DNA of 64,000 nucleotides, taken from the IMG/VR virus record IMGVR_UViG_3300046528_000200, positions 23,477 through 87,476 of that record, one strand, 5' to 3'. The DNA comes from a virus. Lineage: Duplodnaviria > Caudoviricetes. Under the pieces are notes generated by a model. That model was not told the DNA's origin. It did no database searches and saw only the letters and a list, made by a program, of their open reading frames with translations. The translations under genes and the position numbers were made by a program. Positions 43,934 through 52,501 of the stretch are shown here, in pieces; the first letter of the stretch is position 1; each line of letters starts with the position of its first letter.

Positions 43934-46873
43934 TTAATTCTTGAAGGTATCGACACCCAGTCGTGCAAGCTCATCAGCATCAAACGTGAACACGCCCGGC
44001 GCCTGCAGCTTGTCGCCGGTGCCTCGCTTGATGAAGGCGCTGCAGTCCTGGATCGAATGCGCGAAGCTCTCGAAGCCGCCGAACAGCGCTTCCAGCCCGG
44101 ACGCACGGCAGTGCATCCGATAACGCTGGTAAGCTGGCCGGACCGCGATCTCGATGACCTCGCGCCCGCCGACATTCGAAAAAGCGTACTCGTAGCCCTT
44201 GCGGATCGCGTCCGCCCGGTCCGACTCGATGTGGTGGCTCATGCTACTGATCTCGGAGAGCACCTTGATGTATTCCGGCGTGGTCGACGCATGCAGGTCA
44301 TGCAGGCGGGCAAACACACCCTCTTCCATCTCGGACAGGAGCTTGTCGAACTGCGGCCCGACGGCGTCGTTCACCAGCGTGCGCAGCTGCCGCAAGCCGA
44401 AACGGGCTACCGTGTGGTTGTAGACCGGGCGCTCCTTGGTGTTCTGCTTCTCCTTGAGCTCGTCGGCAGACAGATCGCCCTTCAGGTCGGCCTCGGACAG
44501 CATGAAGCGGCCCTTCGCCTCGGCGTACAACACGTCGAATTCCTCGACGAACTGGGCGCCGCTCCTGCCCTGCACGATGCTCATCGCAAGGTACTGGCCG
44601 AGGATCCCCAGCAGATGCCGGTTGCGCCAGAAAGCCTGCCAGTGCGCATGGTTCTTCAGGCCCAGGCTCTGGTGCGGGCGCGCCAGCGTCACCAGCACGA
44701 CACGCTCCATCACCGCGGCCTCCTCCTCGGCGGCCTCGGCGATGAACGCCATCGGCGCCGCCATCTGCGAAAACTGCAGCACGCGATAGTCATCGTTCTC
44801 ACGCGAGCCGCCGCCGCGCGCCGAGTCACGCTGGTTGTAGACGTCACGAAGCAGACCCTTGAGCTGGTCCAGGCGCGTCTTCTGCATCACATGCGGCTTG
44901 TACTCGTCGAGGATCAGGGGGATCGACGACGAAGCGATCAGGTGCTGCAGCAGCGCGAAGTTGGTCGAGCCCGGCGACAGCGGCCGTGGCTCGCCGCGCC
45001 AGTAGAACAGGCTGGCCATGCCCAGCTGCATCTCGGTCTTGCCAAGGCCTGCCGGCCCATTCACGTGCAGCAGCGGGAACTTGCCGTAGTGCTTCTGGAA
45101 CAGCTGCTTCCAGAAACAGGCCACGTACCAGCCCAGCGCCTTGCCCAGCACCTCGGGCTTCTGGCAGGCGAACAGGTGGCCAAGGGTCTCGGCCAGCAGC
45201 GCCTTGTTGCCCGGCCCCTCCAGCCACGGCCCCAGCGCCGGCGCGTTCGAGATGTCGGTCTTGAACATGCCGCGTGGATCGGGGAAGCCGGCGAACTTGA
45301 TCTTCAACCCGGTCTGCTCGATCTCCGGCTCGAGGCGCACGCCGAAGTTGTCGGCCCACAGCATGAAGGGCTCGCGCAGCCGCGGGTTGTCGTGCTGGGG
45401 GATGGTGATCATGTCGAGGCCTTCACGGTCCACGACATAGCTGATGTTGCCCTTCCTTTTTGCCTGCTCTACGAAACGCATCATGACTGTCCTTACCTGG
45501 GCATCCGAGCCCTGAAAGGCGTGCCCGTATTTCGACACAAACCGGTTGAAGGGCACCAGGCCGGAAAACATGTCGTTCTCCAGTGTGATGGTGCCCACCG
45601 ACTTGCCGTTGACCAGCACCGCGGCGTCGTAGCCGATGATCTGGTCACTATCCTTCGACATCAGGATCGACGCCGCGTCGAACGACACCGCGCAAACCCG
45701 CTTCTTGCCGTACTCGCCGTCGACATAGATGCCGTAGCGCGACAGCGTCACACCCTTGGCGACGTCGGCATACTCGTCCTGCTGCAGCTCGGGGTCGTCC
45801 AGCTGGGTGGCGGCAAGCTCGATCTCGGCCTTGATCTCCTCCTTCGTGGTGGTGATGCCGTCGAGATCCGGCGCCGCGTGGTTCAGCAGCGACTTGATGG
45901 CGCCGACCGAGAATTCGTAGCAAGCGTTGCCGTCCATGTAGCGGTGCATCCGGCGCAGCTCTTCGGTGCGCTTCGCCGGCGAGCCGTAGCGGCTGCCGTC
46001 GCCCTGGTGGTTGTCGATCAGACCGGAGCACTCGACGATGAAGCGCTCCTCCGACAGGCCGGCCGCGACGGCGGCGATCGCCAGCTGGGTGGCGATCTCC
46101 TGGAAACCTGCGCTGTGCTTGATGCCCATGCCGGCCATCATCCACTGCACCGATTCGCAGTGCGCCTTTTCCCTGATATGCGGATCCGGCTTGAAGCGTG
46201 CGCGCTTCTTGAGCAGCTCTTCGACCTTCTGCTGCGCTTTCGAATACTCGATCGAGAGCTTGACGCAGAAGGCCGGCGGCAGGATCGGCACCGGATCGCG
46301 CGGCTGTGACGACAGAGCGACCGCAACTTCCGGCACCATGTTGCGCATCTCGTCGACCGTGATCGGCACCTTGAAGCGACCATTCGAGCGCTCGACGTTG
46401 GGCATGCGCCACATCCGGCCGCGGCCGGTCGAGTAGATCTTCAGGTCGAGCGTGTCGACGGCCAGCGCCAGCGCCATCTCGCGGTAGACCGACGGCAGGC
46501 CGACCACGCCATTCTTCGGCACCTTCTCCATGAAGAGTTCGACTGGCACCTCGACGTGGTAGCCACGGCCGCCGGTGGTGAACAGGCGGCACATGGCAAG
46601 GTTCACACCCAGCTCTTCGAGCTTGTCCAGGTACTCGTTGGTCTTCTGGATGACGAGCTGCTCGTCCTCCGAATCGAAGTCCGAGTAGAACGGCCCCATG
46701 TAGGCCAGCTTGAGCTTCTCTTCGTAGGTGAGGTCGTCGACCAGCTTGGAGACCGCCAGCACGGTCATGAACATCGGGTGGCAGTCGGCAATGGTCGAGT
46801 CCCGGTGCGACACCGGGACCGGCTGCCACGCCTCTTCGCCACCCTTGATCTGGTAGTAGTGGAATGCGCTCAT
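43934..46873 (-). CDS. Primase-helicase fusion (AEP-like primase plus P-loop helicase)
   Basis: Start reassigned to ATG 46873 (MSAFHYY, SD GAGG). FYSDFDSE and TGGRGYH are AEP-like; GPAGLGKT is Walker A and LILDEY is Walker B. Confidence 0.8.
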   Translation of the reverse strand: MSAFHYYQIKGGEEAWQPVPVSHRDSTIADCHPMFMTVLAVSKLVDDLTYEEKLKLAYMGPFYSDFDSEDEQLVIQKTNEYLDKLEELGVNLAMCRLFTTGGRGYHVEVPVELFMEKVPKNGVVGLPSVYREMALALAVDTLDLKIYSTGRGRMWRMPNVERSNGRFKVPITVDEMRNMVPEVAVALSSQPRDPVPILPPAFCVKLSIEYSKAQQKVEELLKKRARFKPDPHIREKAHCESVQWMMAGMGIKHSAGFQEIATQLAIAAVAAGLSEERFIVECSGLIDNHQGDGSRYGSPAKRTEELRRMHRYMDGNACYEFSVGAIKSLLNHAAPDLDGITTTKEEIKAEIELAATQLDDPELQQDEYADVAKGVTLSRYGIYVDGEYGKKRVCAVSFDAASILMSKDSDQIIGYDAAVLVNGKSVGTITLENDMFSGLVPFNRFVSKYGHAFQGSDAQVRTVMMRFVEQAKRKGNISYVVDREGLDMITIPQHDNPRLREPFMLWADNFGVRLEPEIEQTGLKIKFAGFPDPRGMFKTDISNAPALGPWLEGPGNKALLAETLGHLFACQKPEVLGKALGWYVACFWKQLFQKHYGKFPLLHVNGPAGLGKTEMQLGMASLFYWRGEPRPLSPGSTNFALLQHLIASSSIPLILDEYKPHVMQKTRLDQLKGLLRDVYNQRDSARGGGSRENDDYRVLQFSQMAAPMAFIAEAAEEEAAVMERVVLVTLARPHQSLGLKNHAHWQAFWRNRHLLGILGQYLAMSIVQGRSGAQFVEEFDVLYAEAKGRFMLSEADLKGDLSADELKEKQNTKERPVYNHTVARFGLRQLRTLVNDAVGPQFDKLLSEMEEGVFARLHDLHASTTPEYIKVLSEISSMSHHIESDRADAIRKGYEYAFSNVGGREVIEIAVRPAYQRYRMHCRASGLEALFGGFESFAHSIQDCSAFIKRGTGDKLQAPGVFTFDADELARLGVDTFKN

Positions 46874-46880
46874 GCCGGCC

Positions 46881-47360
46881 TCACACAGAAACGTCAGGCC
46901 ACTGGGCGCGGAACTCCGTGATCGGCGTGAGGCGGGCATTGCTGCAGCCCGCCCGCACCAGCATCGGCAGTGTGGCGCGCCACGTGCCGCAGGGGTTGTC
47001 GTAGGCCCGCGGCGTGAAGCGGAACTCGCAGAACGCCGGCAGCCAGGCGAACAGGCCCGGTAGGATCTCGCGCGGGTGCGCCGAGACTTTGAACGTGGTG
47101 CTGTTGGCGCGGCCTGCAAGGGTGACAGTCAGGCCGGTGGTGAAGGAAGCTTCCAGGCCGGTGGCGTGGAGCACGTCGATGATCTGGGGCTGGCCGGCGG
47201 CGTCCGGCGACCAGGCGACATAGGAGCGATTCTCGCTCACTGCCAGCATGCGGGGGATCGTATGCTGGATCTCCCAGAGGGAGTCGCCGGACATCTTGGC
47301 GTTGAGCCAGCGCGCCTGCAGGCTGAGTCTTTCAGCTCTGCTGAGAGAGGCGTTGTCCAT
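46881..47360 (-). CDS. Hypothetical protein
   Basis: SD AAGGA; 159 aa; upstream of primase. Confidence 0.65.
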   Translation of the reverse strand: MDNASLSRAERLSLQARWLNAKMSGDSLWEIQHTIPRMLAVSENRSYVAWSPDAAGQPQIIDVLHATGLEASFTTGLTVTLAGRANSTTFKVSAHPREILPGLFAWLPAFCEFRFTPRAYDNPCGTWRATLPMLVRAGCSNARLTPITEFRAQWPDVSV

Positions 47361-47420
47361 CTTCTTATTCCTTATACGGTTGAACCACTTTATTGAACTG
47401 CGAATTCTACAGCGAATTTC

Positions 47421-48863
47421 CTACAGGCAAAGCAAATCTTTGATGCCCTGTTTCGATCCTGACGCACGGTTGACCAGGTCGTCGTTGCTCATCAAACTCT
47501 TGAGCAGCCGCTCCTGGATCGTGCCGCGCGCGATGAAGAGCCGGTTGTTGGGCGGGTAGCGCTGGCCCTTCCTGTCGATCCGGCCGGTCGACTGGATGAA
47601 CGGGATCGTGGTGGTCGGGATCTGCACGAAGCCGGCCTCCCAGCACATGTACTGCGGGTTCAGGCCGGCGCCGGCGCTGCCCGGCTGCGCTGTCAGGTTG
47701 ACCGTGTTCGGGTCATCCATGAATTCCCTGATCGAGCGCTTCGAGTCGACTTCGGAAAAGGCCATCACGCCGCGCTTGCCGATCTCGGCAAGCCGCTTGT
47801 CCATGTGCCCGCCGATCAGCCGCGAGACGCTGCGGTGCGACGTCCAGAGGATCAGCTTGCTGGCCGGGCGCGCCACGCCGTCGACCATGATCTCGCCGCC
47901 AAGGTTGATCTCGTCGGCCACCTCGTCGATCAGGTCGAAGATCGCCGAGCGCTTCGTCTCGTCGCCGGCGAAGTAGCCGAAGTCGATCACCACCTGCTGG
48001 GCGGCGTGGTACAGCTTCGTCGCCGTGGTGGCGTCGATCTTGCCTCCGTCGTCCAGCAGCAACAGCTGCTCCTCCATCAGGCGCCGGTACAGCGCCATAT
48101 GCTCCTTCGAGAGGTCGTAGTAGATCGGGATGATGCGCCCCTTGGGCAGGGCCGAATGCACCTCCTCCTTGGTGCGATGGATGCGCCGCATGTTGAGGTT
48201 CGTCTGCAGCAAGTCGAGGTTGTGCCACTTCGTCGGCTGCTTGAAGATGTCGCGCTCTTCGACGTGGATGTTCTCGAACTGGGTGTAGGTCGCGTACACG
48301 TCCGGCGTATTGAGCTTGATGTAGGCGTAGTGGTCGCCCACCTTGCTGGCGATCGTGCCCGACATCAGGATCAGGTCACGCGCGGTGGCGATGCGCCGCA
48401 CGTTCTTGAACAGCACGCCGCGGCCCTTCAGGTTCTGGCACTCGTCGACCACCGTCAGCACGTCGAAACGGGCCAGCTCCTTGCTGAGCCGCTCGATGTC
48501 GTTGTTGAAGATCTGATAGCTGGTCACCAGCCAGCGCGCGCCAGCCAGCTGCAGCTCGCGCCGCTTGGCCGGCCCGCCAGTGTAGTCGACCACGCGCCCG
48601 GCGCCCGGGATGCTGTTTAGCCAGGCGACCCACTGGGCGACTAGGATCGGCGGCATCAGGACCACCGTGACGTCCGGCTGCAGCGCCAGGGCGATACAGG
48701 TGGCGATCACCGTCTTGCCGTAGCCGACCGGCAGATCCAGCAGCGCGCGGCGCCACATGACCGCCTTGACGATGTCTTCCATCTGCATCTGCTCGAGCGT
48801 CATCACGCCACCCAGCGGGTGGGGCAGCGGATAACGCTCGATGACTTGTTCAAGTGTCAGCAT
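47421..48863 (-). CDS. SF2 (SNF2-like) helicase
   Basis: Start ATG 48863 (SD AAAGGAGG); LPVGYGKT, VVDECQ, SGT and QSTGRIDRKGQ motifs. Confidence 0.88.
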   Translation of the reverse strand: MLTLEQVIERYPLPHPLGGVMTLEQMQMEDIVKAVMWRRALLDLPVGYGKTVIATCIALALQPDVTVVLMPPILVAQWVAWLNSIPGAGRVVDYTGGPAKRRELQLAGARWLVTSYQIFNNDIERLSKELARFDVLTVVDECQNLKGRGVLFKNVRRIATARDLILMSGTIASKVGDHYAYIKLNTPDVYATYTQFENIHVEERDIFKQPTKWHNLDLLQTNLNMRRIHRTKEEVHSALPKGRIIPIYYDLSKEHMALYRRLMEEQLLLLDDGGKIDATTATKLYHAAQQVVIDFGYFAGDETKRSAIFDLIDEVADEINLGGEIMVDGVARPASKLILWTSHRSVSRLIGGHMDKRLAEIGKRGVMAFSEVDSKRSIREFMDDPNTVNLTAQPGSAGAGLNPQYMCWEAGFVQIPTTTIPFIQSTGRIDRKGQRYPPNNRLFIARGTIQERLLKSLMSNDDLVNRASGSKQGIKDLLCL

Positions 48864-49287
48864 GCGCAAGCCTCCTTTCGGCAAGCATCTTCAGTAGCGG
48901 GTAGGCGCTCTCGGCGCCCAGACCTGACGAGGCCGTCGCCGGCAGCCGCGCCGCGAATTCCCGCAGCGTCAGCACGCTGGCCAGATCCAGCAGCGGCTCG
49001 CCGTCAAGTTGTGCACTGTGCCCGATCAGCAGCAGCAGCATGTAGAGGCCGTTGCGGTTGACGTCGTAGCACTGCGGCGAGCTGCCCATGTCGAGCGACA
49101 GCCACAGCAGATTGGCCAGCCCCGGATTGGAGTAAGTCAGAGGCGCGAAGCCCTGCGGCCGGCCGTCGGGCCCGGCCCAGAACCATTCCAGCGGCCGGGC
49201 CATCCAGTGCGGGTCCGACAGGCGCTTATACAGCGTCCGGACCCGCGTCAGATCCTTGTCCGGGTAGCCCATAAAGAGCTCCATCAC
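48850..49287 (-). CDS. Hypothetical protein
   Basis: 145 aa; coupled to neighbouring genes. Confidence 0.6.
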   Translation of the reverse strand: MMELFMGYPDKDLTRVRTLYKRLSDPHWMARPLEWFWAGPDGRPQGFAPLTYSNPGLANLLWLSLDMGSSPQCYDVNRNGLYMLLLLIGHSAQLDGEPLLDLASVLTLREFAARLPATASSGLGAESAYPLLKMLAERRLAHADT

Positions 49288-49490
49288 GTCAGCTCGAGCT
49301 TGCGCTCGAGATCGATGTCACGCGCCGGCACTGGGTGCCAGGCGATGTAGCGGGCGTTGCTGCCGATCGTCGGGCCTTTCCATGGGCCGACGTCGATCGA
49401 GCCGTCGCGCTCGAGCAGGATGACGCGCTGGTTCAGCGGTGCCGGCTTGATGTATTCGAAAGGCAGATCGTCCTTGGTGCAATTTTTCAT
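49284..49490 (-). CDS. Hypothetical protein
   Basis: ATG 49490 with ATGA overlap; 68 aa. Confidence 0.6.
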   Translation of the reverse strand: MKNCTKDDLPFEYIKPAPLNQRVILLERDGSIDVGPWKGPTIGSNARYIAWHPVPARDIDLERKLELT

Positions 49491-49822
49491 ACTTTCTCCG
49501 GTGGTGCGCCGATGGTCAGCGCTTTGATTCCCGCCTGGCCGAACAGGACTTCCTGGCAGTTGCGGCAGGCGTGGGTGTGGTTTTCGACGTAGGCGTGGCT
49601 GCCCTTCGCAGCGTCGCCGGCCAGCATCACTGCAACCTCCTCGGCATGTCCGATCTGGTTGCAGATGGTCTGACACTTCTCGTAGCCTTCGTCGCCCTGG
49701 CGCGGGCAGGCAGGCTGCGGGGTGGCGCACCAGTTCTCACCGACGAAGCGACTGCCCTCCGGCGTGACGATGGTGCAGCGCACGACGCGCCGGGCGCAGG
49801 GGCCTAGGATTCCGGCGCTCAT
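49487..49822 (-). CDS. Zn-dependent (deoxy)cytidylate deaminase-like protein
   Basis: GHAEE and ACRNC zinc motifs, plus extra Cys residues. Confidence 0.75.
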   Translation of the reverse strand: MSAGILGPCARRVVRCTIVTPEGSRFVGENWCATPQPACPRQGDEGYEKCQTICNQIGHAEEVAVMLAGDAAKGSHAYVENHTHACRNCQEVLFGQAGIKALTIGAPPEKV

Positions 49823-50505
49823 TCAGGAGCTCCCTTGAATGGCTGCAATACTCTCTTCGATGAAGACCCTTGCAAGTTCTGCCGTGATCGCATCACCCGC
49901 AGCATGCAGGAATGGAACGATGCTGGAATCGACATAAGCCAGAGGGCTAATTCCGGGTTTAATCGGACGTTGCTTTCCGTCTCGGCAGTCACGCCATTCG
50001 GCGTCGGCCCAGAAACCATTAACGCGGCCTGGCGCGGCAGCTGGTCGAGCCTGCTGCGCCCGTCGGGCCGCGTGGTAGCCATCCCAGGCGTGTCCTTCCA
50101 GTCGCGCGCCGTTGGCGTGACCCACGAACCAGAGCCTGTCCCGCATGTGCGGGGCACCGACGCTGCAAGCCGGGAGACCAGCCGCTGCGAAGGCGTAGCC
50201 TTCTCTTTCCAGCTCAACTTGTACAAGGTCGAGCCAGCCGAAGCCAATCGCTCTCTGAGATTGCTCACCAAAGACTGCGTCAGGCCGGCACTCCGCAATG
50301 AGGCGCCGCCACTCAGGCCAGAGATGGCGATCGTCGGCGAATCCTTGCTGGAGTCCGATCTCGGAAAACGGCTGGCAGGGCGGACTCCCGGTCCAGATCC
50401 GGGCACTGTCTGGGACATTGGCAAGTCGTAGGGCGTACTGCCAGATTCCGAGCCCGCTGAAGAAATGGCACTGGGTGAATCCAGCGAGGTCGCTTCCTGT
50501 GACAT
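49819..50505 (-). CDS. Putative methyltransferase beta subunit nested in the +1 frame
   Basis: 228-codon ORF with SD AAAGGAG 8 nt before ATG 50505. It carries WVTPTARDWK and RLNPELALWLMSIP (motif IX-like), and its stop overlaps the next ATG (ATGA). Confidence 0.7.
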   Translation of the reverse strand: MSQEATSLDSPSAISSAGSESGSTPYDLPMSQTVPGSGPGVRPASRFPRSDSSKDSPTIAISGLSGGASLRSAGLTQSLVSNLRERLASAGSTLYKLSWKEKATPSQRLVSRLAASVPRTCGTGSGSWVTPTARDWKDTPGMATTRPDGRSRLDQLPRQAALMVSGPTPNGVTAETESNVRLNPELALWLMSIPASFHSCMLRVMRSRQNLQGSSSKRVLQPFKGAPE

Positions 50506-50617
50506 CTTTGATGCTCCTTTCGTCTACTTCCCCCGGAGCGATCAGACCTTCGCGGATGAACTCGCGAAGGAAAGCCGCCTTGTCGGGATCAAACTCGTTG
50601 TAATAGACCTTCACCAT
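49823..50617 (-). CDS. C5 cytosine DNA methyltransferase, alpha subunit (motifs I, IV, VI, VIII, X; no recognisable IX)
   Basis: FFSGLG, PPCQPFS, GEQS, MRDRLWFVG and AGDAI motifs. Confidence 0.9.
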   Translation of the reverse strand: MVKVYYNEFDPDKAAFLREFIREGLIAPGEVDERSIKDVTGSDLAGFTQCHFFSGLGIWQYALRLANVPDSARIWTGSPPCQPFSEIGLQQGFADDRHLWPEWRRLIAECRPDAVFGEQSQRAIGFGWLDLVQVELEREGYAFAAAGLPACSVGAPHMRDRLWFVGHANGARLEGHAWDGYHAARRAQQARPAAAPGRVNGFWADAEWRDCRDGKQRPIKPGISPLAYVDSSIVPFLHAAGDAITAELARVFIEESIAAIQGSS

Positions 50618-51042
50618 TTGACCGGCCTCCGGCCGAGGGAGGGTACGTACTGGTTGCCACCAAAGCCGTGGCGTGCAGCATGCTCAGCTGAAGCCATCAG
50701 CTCGAAATTCGAGATGTCGTTATTCGACTTGTCCTCGTCGAGATGGTGGACCTCAAAGCCTTCAGGGATCGGGCCGCTGTAAAACTCCCAGACATCTTGA
50801 TGCAGATACCTGCGATTGCCGGTCGTCCGACCGTAGTAGCCGCACGGCCGTAGGGTGTACTTCGCGCCGCGCCAGTACACGTACGGCGCTGGATCCCGGT
50901 GCCTCATCTCTACTCCGCGGCGCCCGAGAATCTTCCACATCGTCTGCCGGGTAACGCCGCAGGCCGCAGCCACTGCCTCGATGGACTCGCCGCGGGCATA
51001 CTGCGCCACAGCGTGGTCGTAATTCTTTCGGTGCGCCGGCAC
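50611..51042 (-). CDS. HNH endonuclease with N-terminal HTH
   Basis: YLHQDVW...VHHLDEDKSNNDISNFELM..AEH (HNH_3-like). Confidence 0.85.
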   Translation of the reverse strand: MPAHRKNYDHAVAQYARGESIEAVAAACGVTRQTMWKILGRRGVEMRHRDPAPYVYWRGAKYTLRPCGYYGRTTGNRRYLHQDVWEFYSGPIPEGFEVHHLDEDKSNNDISNFELMASAEHAARHGFGGNQYVPSLGRRPVKW

Positions 51043-51899
51043 TATGCCTCCCGCACCAGGCGATCGAACAGGATGCCGAGCTCGCGCGTCATCAGCGCGA
51101 TGTCGGCGTCGAAGCGGTCGACATCCTTCTCGGCGCCGCGCCCTTCCTGCATGATGTCCAGCGGCTTGATCTTGCGGATCTGGCTGTTCTGGGTCATGAC
51201 GAACGAGAGGCGCGAAGCGAAGGTCATGGCCACGGCCTCGATCACGGCGCCGGCCTTGAGGTGGTGCTGAACGTCCTCATCCCGCAGCAGTGCACGCTCG
51301 AACTTCACCACCTTGCTATTCGGGTAGCGCAGCGCCGCATCAGCGTCGACGCTGAACTCGTGCGGCGGCTCATCGCTGACCCATTCGGTCAGCAGCGCGG
51401 CGCGCGGCCAGCTGACGTCGCACAGGCCCAAGTCGTTCCGGCCGTCCTGCACGTATTTCAGCAGCACCTTGACGATGTCGCCGCAGACGCTGTCGGATGT
51501 CGAATCGATCACAATGCGGTGCTGGTCCTGGTCGATCCAGACCAGCGTGGTGCGGGTGGTGGTCAGGGCGCGCGGCAGCAGCTCGCCGAGAGCGCGCTCC
51601 TTGAGCTCCTTGCGCGCCTTTTTACCCGGCAAGAAGCCCTGCTGCTCTTCCAGCTCCTTGCAGCGGGCTTCGACCACCGCGGCCACGGCCGACGCCGGGA
51701 TCACCTTCTTCTCGACCTTGAAGCGCAGCAGGATGTGCTTGCCCTGGCGGTAGGCCAGCTCGTCGCCGCGCACCGGCACGAAGCCCTTGGACTCCAGCTC
51801 GTGGGTACCGACAGGAACGAAAAGAGCAGCTTGGAGCTGCTCGGTGGGGAATTGCGCTTTCGGCGAGATGCCGTAGATGGTTGCGTTTTTGGGCCACAT
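51042..51899 (-). CDS. rdgC: Recombination-associated protein RdgC
   Basis: Start ATG 51899 (MWPKNATIY); ESKGFVP, EKKVIPASAV, ELLPRA and RFDADIALM motifs. Confidence 0.88.
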   Translation of the reverse strand: MWPKNATIYGISPKAQFPTEQLQAALFVPVGTHELESKGFVPVRGDELAYRQGKHILLRFKVEKKVIPASAVAAVVEARCKELEEQQGFLPGKKARKELKERALGELLPRALTTTRTTLVWIDQDQHRIVIDSTSDSVCGDIVKVLLKYVQDGRNDLGLCDVSWPRAALLTEWVSDEPPHEFSVDADAALRYPNSKVVKFERALLRDEDVQHHLKAGAVIEAVAMTFASRLSFVMTQNSQIRKIKPLDIMQEGRGAEKDVDRFDADIALMTRELGILFDRLVREA

Positions 51900-51932
51900 A
51901 GTGATGGAATTTTCTCTTGGGAAGGGATTATT

Positions 51933-51961
51933 AGGGTAAGCAAACTTCTGAGTTGTGTCAA
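51933..51961 (-). promoter_or_regulatory. Leftward promoter of divergent pair
   Basis: Minus strand TTGACA-caactcagAAGTTTGCt-TACCCT; the spacer resembles the 43905-43933 promoter. Confidence 0.55.
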
Positions 51962-51996
51962 AACAATTTTCCTGAATCAATACCTCCTGTCGTTAC

Positions 51997-52040
51997 TTTA
52001 CATCAGGCAAGAAGCGTGCCAGAATTCTTGCATTCTGGCA
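51997..52040 (+). promoter_or_regulatory. Rightward promoter for accessory cassette with operator-like palindrome
   Basis: TTTACA-17 bp-CAGAAT; TGCCAGAAT-N6-ATTCTGGCA (52017-52040) overlaps -10 and the start site. Confidence 0.65.
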
Positions 52041-52065
52041 TTCTCCCTACCCACCTGGAACTTCC

Positions 52066-52488
52066 ATGTCCTCGTTCGCCTACGACAGCTTTCTCGACCA
52101 AGCCTTGCGAGGCAACATCGACCTCGATACCGACACCTTCTACGTGATGCTGGTCGATTCGACCTACACGCCGAACCAGGGCACGCATGCCTACCGCTCG
52201 AGCGTGACCGGCGAGGTGGCGGGCACCGGCTACACCACCGGCGGCATCGCCTGCGCGGTCACGCTGAGCAAGAACACGGCCCAGCACTCGAACACGATCA
52301 CCTTCGGCGCCGTCTCGTGGCCGACCAGCACGATCACCGCGCGCCAAGCCGTCTACTACAAGCGGCGAGGCGGTGCCGCCAGCGCCGACGAGCTGATCGC
52401 CGTCGACGACTTCGGCGCCAACATCAGCTCGACGGCCGCCACCTTCTCGCTGGCCGCGACCACGATCACCCTGCCGACGCCGGCGTAA
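52066..52488 (+). CDS. Conserved phage virion-associated protein (fibre/collar module)
   Basis: IDLDTDTF.VMLV...EVAGTGYTTGG...W..STITAR.AV.YK..GG motif family. Confidence 0.65.
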   Translation: MSSFAYDSFLDQALRGNIDLDTDTFYVMLVDSTYTPNQGTHAYRSSVTGEVAGTGYTTGGIACAVTLSKNTAQHSNTITFGAVSWPTSTITARQAVYYKRRGGAASADELIAVDDFGANISSTAATFSLAATTITLPTPA

Positions 52489-52501
52489 TAAGGACAATCC
52501 C

